64,000 bases of DNA. Source: the human T2T-CHM13v2.0 reference genome, Homo sapiens. The notes beneath the pieces are model-generated. The model ran no database searches. It was not told where the DNA came from and saw only the letters and a program-made list of their open reading frames with translations. The translations under genes and the position numbers were made by a program. Below, one piece after another: positions 52,488 through 64,000 of this stretch. Location of the stretch: NCBI RefSeq assembly GCF_009914755.1, contig NC_060932.1. The stretch is one strand, 5' to 3'. Within the stretch, counting starts at the first letter, position 1. Each line of letters begins with the position of its first letter.

Positions 52488-55400
52488 ATGACAGGATTAA
52501 ATTCACACATAACAATATTAACCTTAAATGTAAATGGGCTAAATTCCCCAGTTAAAAGACACAGACTGGCAAATTGGATAAAGAATCAAGACCCACCAAT
52601 GTGCTGTATTCAGGAGACCCATCTCATGTGCAATGACACACATAGGCTCAAAATAAAGGGAAGGAGGACTATTTACCAAGCAAATGGAAAGCAAAAAAAA
52701 GCAGGAGTTGCAATCCTAATCTCTGATAAAACAGACTTTAAACCGACAAAGATCAAAAGAGACAATGAAGGGCAAAAGAGACAAAGATTCATTTACATAT
52801 GGTAAAGAAATCAATGCAACAAGAAGAGCTAACCATCCTAAATATATATGCACCCAATACAGGAGCACCCAGCTTCATAAAGAAAGATCTTAGAGACCTA
52901 CAAAGAGAATTAGACTCCCACACAATAATACTGGGAGACTTTAACACCTCACTGTCAATATTAGACAGATCAATGAGGCAGAAAATTAACAAAGATATTC
53001 AGCACTTGAACTCAGCTCTGGACCAAGCAGACCTAATAGACATCTACAGAACTCTCCACCCCAAATCAACAGAATATACATTCTTCTCAGCACCACATCG
53101 CACTTATTCTAAAATTGACCACATAATTGGAAGTAAAACACTCCTCAGCAAATGCAAAAGAATGGAAATCATAACAAACAGTCTCTCAGACCACAGTGCA
53201 ATCAAATTAGAACTCAGGATTAAGAAATTCACTCAAAACTGCACAACAACATGGAAACAGAACAACCTACTCCTAAATGACTACTGGGTAAATAATGAAA
53301 TGAAGGCAGAAATAAAGATGTTCTTTGAAACCAATGAGAACGAGGACACAATGTACCAGAATCTCTGGGACATATTTAAAGCAGTGTGTAGAGGAAAATT
53401 TATAGTACTAAATGCCCACAAGAGAAAGCAGGAAAGATCTAAAATTGATAACCTAACATCAAAATTAAAAGAACTAGAGAAGCATCAGCAAACAAATTCA
53501 AAATCTAGCAGAAGACAAGAAATAACTAAGATCAGAGCAGAACTGAAGGAGATAAAGACACGAAAAACCCTTCAAAAAATCAATGAATCCAGGAGCTGGT
53601 TTTTTGAAAAGATCAACAAAATAGACTGCTAGCCAGACTAATAAAGAAGAAAATAGAGAAGAATCAAATGGATACAATAAAAAATGATATAGGGGATATC
53701 ACCATTAATCCAACAAACACAAATTACCATCAGAGAATACTATAAACACCTCTACACAAATAAACTAGAAAATCTAGAAGAAATGGATAAATTCCTGGAC
53801 ACATACACCCTCCCAAGTCTAAACCAGGAAGAAGTCAAATCTCTGAATAAACCAATAACAAGTTCTAAAATTGAGGCAGTAATTAATAGCCTACCAACCA
53901 AAAAAAGTCCAGGACCAGACAGATTCACAGCCACATTCTACCAGAGTTACAAAGAGGAGCTGGTACCATTTCTTTTGAAACTATTCCACATAATAGAAGA
54001 GAGAGAATCCTCCCTAACTCATTTTATGAGGCCAGCATCATCCTGATACCAAAATCTGGCAGAGACACAACAACAACAACAACAAAATTTCAGGCCAATA
54101 TCTCTGATGAACTTTGATGCGAAACTCCTCAACAAAATACTGGCAAACCGAATCCAGCAGCACATCAAAATCTTATCCACCATGATCAAGCTGGCTTCAT
54201 CCCTAGGATGCAAGGCTGTTTCAACATACACAAATCAATGAACATAATCCATCACATAAACAGAACCAATCACAAAAACCACATGATTATCTCAATAGAT
54301 GCAGAAAAGGCCTTAAAACAAAATTCAACACCCCTTTATGCTAAAATCTCTTAAAAAACTGGGTATCAATGGAATGTATCTCAAAATAATAAGAGCTATT
54401 TATGACAAACCCACAGCCAATATCATACTGCATCGGCAAAAACTGGAAGCATTCCCTTTGAAAACCGGCACAAGACTAGGATGCCCTCTCTCACCATTCC
54501 TATTCAATATAGTATTGGAAGTTCTGGCCAGGACAATCAGGCAAGAGAAAGAAATAAAGGGTATTCAAATAGGAAGAGAGGAAGTCAAATTGTCTCTGTT
54601 TGCAGATGACATGATTATATATCTAGAAAACCCCATCATCTCAGCCCAGAATCTCCTTAAGCTGATAAGCAACTTCAGCAAAGTCTCAGGATATAAAATC
54701 AATGTGCAAAAATCACAAGCATTCCTATACACCAATAACAGAGAGCCAAATCTTGAGTGAACTCCCATTCACAATTGCTACAAAGAGAATAAAATACCTA
54801 GGAATACGACTTACAAGGTATGTGAAAAACCTCTCCAAGGAGAAATACAAACCATTGCTCAAGGAAGTAAGAGAGGACATAAACAAATGGAAAAACATTC
54901 CATGCTTATGGATAGGAAGAATCAATATCATGAAAATGGCCGCACTGCCTGAAGTAATTTATAGGTTCAATGCCATCCCCATCAAGCTACCACTGGCTTT
55001 CTTCACAGAATTGGAAAAAACTATTTTAAACTTCATATGGAACCAAGAAAAAGCCCGCATAGCCAAGACAATCCTGGGCAAGAAGAATAAAGCTGGAGGC
55101 ATCATGCTACCTGACTTCAAACTGTACTACAAGGCTACAGTAACCAAAACAACATGGTACGGGGTACCAAAACAGATATATAGACCAATGGAACAGAACA
55201 GAGCCCTCAGAAATAACACCACACATCTACAACCATCTATCTGATCTTTGACAAACCTGACACAAACAAGCAATGGGGAAATGATTCCCTATTTAATAAA
55301 TGCTGTTGGGAAAACTGGCTAGCCATATGCAGAAAACTGAAACTGGACCCCTTCCTCACACGTTATACAAAAATCAACTCAAGATGGATCAAAGACTTAA

Positions 55401-56349
55401 ACGTAAGACCTAGAACCATAAAAATCCTAGAAGAAAACCTGGGCAACACCATTCAGGAAGTAGGAATGGGCAAAGACTTCTTGTCTAAAACACCAAAAGC
55501 AATGGCAACAAAAGCCAAAATTGACAAATGGGATCTAACTAAATCAAAGAGCTTATGTACAGCAAAAGAAACTATCATCAGAGTGAACAGGCAACCTACA
55601 GAATGGGAGAAAATTTTTGCAATCTATCCACCTGACATAGGGCTAATATCCAGAATCTACAAAGAACTTAAACAAATTTACAAGAAAAAAACAACCTCAT
55701 TGAAAAGAGGGCAAAGGATATGAAGAGACACTTCTCAAAAGAAGACATTTGTGCAGCCAACAAACATGAAAAAATGCTCATCGTCACTGGTCATTGGAGA
55801 AATGCAAATCAAAACAACAATGAGATACCATCTTATGCCAGTTAGAATGGCGATCATTAAAAAGTCAGGAAACAACAGATGCTGGTGAGGCTGTGGAGAA
55901 ATAGGAACGCTTTTACACCGTTCGTGGGAATGTAAATTATTTCAACCCTTGTGGAAGACAGTGTGGCGATTCCTCAAAGATCTAGAACTAGAAATACCAC
56001 TTGATCCAGCAATCCCATTACTGGGTATATAACCAAAGGATTATAAATCATTCTACTATATATAAAGGATTATAAATCATTCTACTGTAAAGACACATGC
56101 ACACGTATGTTTATTGTGGCACTATTCACAATAGCAAAGACTTGTAACCAATCCAAATGTCCATTAATAATAGAATGGATAAAGAAAACCTGGCTCATGT
56201 ACACTATGGAATACTATCCAGCCAGAAAAAAGGATGAGTTCACGTCCTTTGCAGGGACATGGATGAAGCTGGAAACCATCATTCTCAGCAAACTATCACA
56301 AAAACAGAAAACCACACACTGCATGTTCTCATTCATAACTGGGAATTGA
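52488..56349 (+). pseudogene. L1 ORF2p (endonuclease/RT) pseudogene, multiple frameshifts
   Basis: [32 protein letters not shown] (APE endonuclease); LFADDMI (RT); ends ...TGN. Confidence 0.95.
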
Positions 56350-57107
56350 ACAGTGAGAACACATGGACATAGGGAGGGGACCATCACACACCGGGGCCTG
56401 TTGTGGGGTGGGGAACTAGGGGAGGGATAACATTAGGAGAAATACTTAATGTAGGTGATGGGTTGATGGGTGCAGCAAACCACCATGGCACGTGTATACC
56501 TAAGTAACAAAACTGCACATTCTGCACATGTACCCCAGAACTGAAATTAAAAAAAAAAAGCAAGCATGAGCCACCACACCTGGCCCAATAGAGCAATTAT
56601 TTTGAAGCTCAGTTCTGAAACTCCCAAATCTTTCTTAAGCAAGCCCGCTGCAGAAACTGGTTACTAGGAGAAGGCTAATAATAGGAAAGTGCGCAAAATT
56701 CCCCTCCTCTCCCCTAGCATCCTCAAAGAAGCTCTGGTAACAGGGAAGCTGCATGTAGGATCTAATGAAGTTATGCACATTGTGGTGTCCATAAGGCTTA
56801 GCCCTCATGGAGAAGTCTTCAGATGTTGAAATAAGTATATAATGGAAATGAGAAATTGGTCAGTGATCACAGAAAATGAATATATATCTCTCACATTTTT
56901 GCATACAAAGCAGTCTTCCCTTAATTCTTGCCATTTCTAGCTCAGATACTTCTCAAATTCCTATTTGGGATTCTTCAGCAAACCTGCCTCTGTCTCCTCT
57001 GGCCAATGCACATTTAAATTACAAACACACATACTTTAAGTTGTCTTTGAGAAAGCTATCTACATAAAAACAGCATTACTTCATTTTGTTTTAAAATTTT
57101 TATTTTT

Positions 57108-57420
57108 GGCTGGGCTGCTCATACCTATAGTCCCAACACTTTGGGAGGCTGAGGTGGGAGAATCGCTTGGGGCCAGGAGTTAGAAACTACCCCGTGCAAC
57201 ATAGCAAGAACCTATCTCTAAAAAAAATTAAAATTAAAAAAATTGGCTGGGCGTAGTGATGTGCACTTGCAGTCCCAGCTACTCAGAAGGCTGAGGCAAG
57301 AGGATCGCTTGAGCCGGGGAGTTCAGGTTGCAGTAAGCTGTGATCACACCACTGCACTCCAGCCTGGGTGACAGAGCAAGACTCTGTCTCAAAAACAAAA
57401 CAAAACAAAACAAAAAAAAA
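57108..57420 (+). mobile_element. AluJ
   Basis: Diverged full Alu with (CAAAA)n tail. Confidence 0.92.
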
Positions 57421-57439
57421 CCCTTTATTTCTCTGATTA

Positions 57440-58527
<1,088 letters not shown>

Positions 58528-58683
58528 TAGCCCTGGCCATATGTGTACATGTTCTCCACTTCCATCCTGGAGTCCTGGCCCATGAATCACAAAATGCCAG
58601 CTGTGGACCCTTGGGACCGTCATTCCACCTGTCTATCTCCACTGCCGTCTGAGTTTGGGACTACTCTAAAGATATGATAGTTG

Positions 58684-59003
<320 letters not shown>

Positions 59004-59017
59004 AGATATGATAGTTG

Positions 59018-59140
59018 TTACACCTGTAATCCCAGCACTCTGTGAGTCCTAGGTGGGAGGATCACTGAAGGTCAGGAGTTTAAGACCGGCCTTAGCAGCA
59101 TAGCAAGACTCTGTCTCTATAAAAAATTTTTTGAAAAAAA
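59018..59140 (+). mobile_element. FLAM / Alu left monomer, 5'-truncated
   Basis: Monomer followed by a third AGATATGATAGTTG. Confidence 0.85.
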
Positions 59141-59269
59141 GTTCTGTAAGATATGATAGTTGTATTAACGCCAAGAGGCTGATAAACAGGGGGAATAATA
59201 TGGAATCATAAGCAAAACTCAGGAGTCCAACTCCTTGGTTAAAATACTTCTCCACTACTGATGGTTATA

Positions 59270-59985
59270 CAACCACAACAGAATAAAACTTGTGTTTGGT
59301 CTTTGCGCTGGGTTTCTAGCACAGAGATAGTAAAATCCTTGAAATTTCCTGAGTGATAGGAGTGTCTTTTGTTATTCATAATGAGCTCCTGTAAATCACA
59401 CTGAGTTTATGCTAATGAGGTGATTGGTGGAGGAGGCCCCTAACAACTTCAGGATGAGGGCTGGAAAGACAAAACACATGATTAGAAGGTGAAAGCTCTC
59501 AGCCTCATCCCCTGATTCCCCTGTGGGGTGCCAGTGTCAGGAGTGAGGGTGGGGGGTAAAGGCAGGGCAGGATATTGGGTTATAAAATCTCTGAGACAAG
59601 GAGACTCAAACAGCTTCTGGGCTTGTGAATCCACTGGTGTGCCAGTAAGGTGGTGCACCCAGAGGGTACGGGAGCTCTGTGGCACTCCCCCTTTGCCCTG
59701 TGTATCTTTTCCATTTGGCCATTTGAGTTGTATCTGTTATAATACCTGGATAAATGTAAGTATAGTGATCTATTTCTCTAAGTGATTTTAGCAAATCATC
59801 AAACCTGAGTGGGGTTTTGGGGACCCCCCAAATTCATAATTGGCCAGGCAGAATTGGGGCAGCCTCGGAATCCCATTTGCAGGTGGCATCTTCAATGGGG
59901 GCAATTGAATTGTTGCACTTACTGTCAGAGAATTGAAGAAGCAGAGTGGAAAAACAACATACATTTAGTGTCGGAAGTGGTAATG
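59270..59985 (+). mobile_element. MER21-family (MER21C-like) LTR
   Basis: TTTGGTCTTTG...CTGAGTTTATGCTAATGAGGTGA...CAAATCATCAAACCTGAG. Confidence 0.8.
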
Positions 59986-60098
59986 CCACACAACCACCAT
60001 CGTGGACTGCCATTTATAGTTCACAGAATAGGGGAGATTGCCCCATGTGGTCCAAGCATTCTCAGGGTCCCCAAATCCCACTCTGCTTTACTTCCCTC

Positions 60099-60717
60099 TG
60101 TCAGAGGCATTTGAACCCGAGCAACTCCAAGTTCCTCTTGAAGAGGAACTAGATAAAATGAGGCTGAGTCCTACTGGGCATTCCCAGGAGGTTAGGCATT
60201 CTAGGTCACAGGATGAGATAGGAAGCAGGCACCAGATACAGGTCATAAAGACATTACTGATTAAATAGTTTGCTGTAAAGAAGCTGGCCAAACGCCACCA
60301 AAACCGAGATGGTGATGAGAGTGACCTCTGGTTGTCCTCATTGCTCATTATACTCTGATTATAATGCGTTAGCACTCCCACCTGTGCCATGACAGTTTAC
60401 AGATGCCATGGCAATGTCAGGAAGTTACCCTATGTGATCTGAAAAGGTACCTCAGTTCCGGATATTGCCCACCCCTATCCTGGAAGATTATGAATAATCC
60501 ACCTTCTGTTAAGCATGTAATCAAGAAGTAACAATAAGTATAAGCAACTGAGCAGCTCATGTGGCTGCTCTGCTTATGGAGTAGCCATTCTTTTATTCCT
60601 TTACTTTCTTAATAAACTTGCTTTCATTCTATTCTACGGACTCGTCCTGAACTCTTTGTTGCGTGAGACCCAAGAATCCTCTCTTGGGGTGTGGATCAGG
60701 ACCCCTTTCCAGTAACA
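60099..60717 (+). mobile_element. MER41B solo LTR
   Basis: TGTCAGAGGCATTTGAACC.GAGCAACTCCA ... GGACCCCTTTCCAGTAACA; near-TSD CCTC/CCAC. Confidence 0.92.
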
Positions 60718-61349
60718 CCACTAGTGAGAATGCAGCCATACTTATGAAGCAAAACACTCTGAACACACAACGTCCCACGACAAATTTGGGGAAAGAATAG
60801 CCCAAACCATAAGTAGGGAGAAACTAATTTTGGAAGGGCTTCACAATTTGAAAAGTCGCTCACTATCCATAGTGTCTGCAAATCACATTATCCTGCAGCG
60901 TAGAGCTTGCTCCTTTTGTTCAACCACCCCTGCTTCCAAATTGGGTCTTTTGGAGCTTGCAGGGAAAAAGAACAGAGCCCATGGCAAGAGCAGCTTCCTT
61001 TATTACTGGAAGAAAATCAGTGAGATTGCTGCTCTAGCAAAAATTCAATTAAATTTGTAGCCGAAAGCCCTCATTCTCTTTAGTTTCTATCTAGGAAAGG
61101 AGGGGAGAGAAAATTCCTTGATCTCTCAATGTCTCCAGGTCGATGAAGCTCTTAGTCTTATCAGCATTTTATTCATATTCCTGTAATGCCCTTGACATTT
61201 CAGTATTTATCTTTTGCTACCTTCTACAATTACCCCTGCCCACTCACTAAACTATAAGCCCCTCAAAGATAGGGTTGACTCACGATAGAGCCTAGCAGAT
61301 TGCCTGGCCCATAGCGGGTATGGAGTAAATACATGAGTCAGTTTATGTG

Positions 61350-62141
61350 TGTCTTTGATTATCTGGGGTGTTTTCCAACACCAACAATCAATTCTCCAAT
61401 CCTCCAGACACCAGCTGGCTGCACTAAAATTTAATTCAATTCTGACACTAACTACCTTGGAGTCGGCATCAGATCCCAAAAATTAGCAGCTCAGTCCCAC
61501 AAGACTGACCCCACATTAGTTGTTAGTGAAAGTCTCTGGACCACCAGGACTATTGACCAACTGGCCGCAAATTTGCTGACATCCCTCAACCCCCTTCTGA
61601 AGCTTGATAATTAGCTATAAGGGCTCACAGCCAAATGAAAGAGATGTTGTTGAGCAGGGCAAGGTATGGTGGGGGTGGATGGGTGGTTCCAGGAGCATCC
61701 ATGCCCTCTCAGAGGGTGCCACCTTCCTACTACCTGGCTACGTTCACCAAAGCAAAAGCTTAGCAAATTGTGTTGTGTTTATAGAACTTTTTAATCTTGA
61801 GGGCCCTCCTTCTGTCCCTGAAGGTTGGTGGGTGGGGCTGAAAATTCCTACCTTCTAATTACTTACTTGATCTTTCTGGTGGCCCCATCCAGAGGCTATG
61901 TAAGGGCCCCACACCTGTCACCTCACTAGCATAAATTCAGGTGTGATCCAAAGGGCTTGTTATAAATAACAAAAGACATTCTTATCACTTAGAATTCCAA
62001 GGGTTTTAGGATCTTTATAGAAAAACCAAATTTAACAAAAGGTGCTCCTGTTATCCTGATCACTCAAGAAATTACAAGGGTTTCAGGAGTTCTGTACAGA
62101 GAACCAGGGACAAAGACCAAATATATTTTGTATTCTAACAC
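61350..62141 (-). mobile_element. MER21A/B-like LTR
   Basis: AATTCAATTCTGACACTAACTACC.TGGAGT..GCATCAGATCCCA ... GAACCAGGGACAAAGACCAAATAT. Confidence 0.85.
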
Positions 62142-62229
62142 AGAGTGTGAAGAAGGAATGAATCGATAAGTGACTAAATATCTAACTGGGAGAAAAAGGC
62201 CTATCTTGCAGGATTCTTGTGAGGAATAA

Positions 62230-62528
62230 ATTTTATTTTATTTTATTTTATTTTAGAGACAGTGTATCACCCAGGCTGGAGTGCAGTGGCACGATTTTGG
62301 CTCACTTTAACCCCTGCCTCCCAAGTTCAAGCGATTCTCCTGCCCCAGCCTCTCGAGCAGCTGGGAATACAGGTGTGCGAAACCAAGCCCAGCTAATTTT
62401 TGTATTTTTAATAGAGACGGGGTTTCACCATGTTGGCCAGGCTGGTCTTGAACTCCTGACCTCAGGTGATCCTCCTGCCTCAGCCTCGCAAAGTTTCGGA
62501 ATTACAGGCATGAACCACTGCACCTGAC
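62230..62528 (-). mobile_element. AluS
   Basis: TSD TGAGGAATAAAT. Confidence 0.95.
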
Positions 62529-62922
62529 CCTTATGAGGAATAAATGTTAAAAAACTTTGGGAAAGCACTGGGCTCAGTTCCTTGCTTCTGTGTATGATCA
62601 GTAAATGTTAAATTTCCTTCCTTCATGTTCTAATCACAAACGTCCAATTTAGTTTCTGTGGCATATGACATCATTATCATTTATATGTTGGTTTACTGTT
62701 GTATTTGGGCACATCTAAGAAGCCATCAGATCCATTTTTGTCAGCACTTGTACCTACTAGGCACGCTGTTTTATCTTGGCATTGCAGTATATTTCCTGAA
62801 GCAAATCTCTGTTTACATATTGCAAGGAAAGAGCCCCTTTGTTGAGGACAGTTAAGTACTAAGTGCAGTTCCTATTTGGGAATATGACAACTGGGTCTCT
62901 TGAAATAATAAAGAATACATAT

Positions 62923-63195
<273 letters not shown>

Positions 63196-63235
63196 AGACA
63201 TATGAAAGAAGACAGTCTTTAACCTCGAAAGGGAA

Positions 63236-63236
<1 letters not shown>

Positions 63237-63272
<36 letters not shown>
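63237..63272. repeat. (TG)~18 microsatellite
   Basis: Direct reading. Confidence 0.97.
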
Positions 63273-63276
<4 letters not shown>

Positions 63277-63360
63277 GCAACATAGTGCAAGAATCTAGAG
63301 AGAAAGTGGCCAATAGTATCTTAATTCAAAAGGAACCACCCAGCCATTAATGGAAGATAG

Positions 63361-63678
<318 letters not shown>

Positions 63679-64000
63679 AGGAAGATAGTTTTTAACCTAG
63701 AAGGAAGCAAAAAAAGGATATATGAAAATATTGCAATAATTGAGAGAAAAAAATTGCTAAGAACATCTTAACTCAAAAACAGATAGCAAAACTATCCAGC
63801 CATACTAGTCTGTAAACCTAAAGCCCTTCCAGTTACTACATTTGATCATTAAAAGAGAAAGCATTTTCAAGAATTAATTTTCTATTTTATTTTATTTAGT
63901 TCTGTGTGTATATGGTATTTCTTTTATCTTAATGAGAAGAAGCAAAAGAAAATAGGCTAGGAAACCACTAAGTCATGTTCATTTTCTCCCACCAGAGAAT

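Larger units (their letters stand above)
51097..56559 (+). mobile_element. LINE-1 (L1PA7/PA8-type) with intact 5' end and spliced 5'UTR
   Basis: G-run then CAAGATGG YY1 site; ORF1/ORF2 remnants; 3'UTR G-rich tract; poly(A). Confidence 0.96.

Noticed and set aside
52799-53632. 277 aa ORF as an active endonuclease gene
   Set aside because: Fragment of a multiply frameshifted L1 ORF2; not retrotransposition-competent.
59270-62141. MER21 pair as 5'/3' LTRs of one provirus
   Set aside because: Opposite orientations, apparently different subfamilies, no gag/pol sequence between them.

Overview
Non-coding primate (human-like) genomic DNA dominated by transposable elements. I see no protein-coding exon, RNA gene, CpG island or CRISPR-like array. 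The supplied ORFs are Alu, microsatellite or low-complexity artefacts, or decayed TE reading frames (Hsmar1 transposase, L1 ORF1/ORF2). Content: about 45 Alu/FLAM copies, a near-full-length Hsmar1 mariner, a ~5.4 kb L1PA7/8-type element, old L1M/L2/MIR fragments and many solo LTRs (LTR17/HERV-W, LTR7/HERV-H, LTR8, MER41B, MER21, THE1, MST, MLT1 and others). The most unusual features are: (1) an L1 whose 5'UTR appears to have been spliced before integration (SpIRE-type), sharing one TSD pair with an upstream Alu; (2) a ~130 bp polyadenylated, TSD-flanked retrocopy of only an LTR R region; (3) several local template-switch or repair scars (a ~270 bp inverted copy from 1.4 kb away, a 42 bp duplication with hairpin filler, a 28 bp perfect foldback, a 12 bp hairpin in an Alu). 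I find no evidence of a new multi-gene system. Subfamily names come from remembered consensus sequences and need RepeatMasker/Dfam confirmation. Boundaries of old repeats are approximate.
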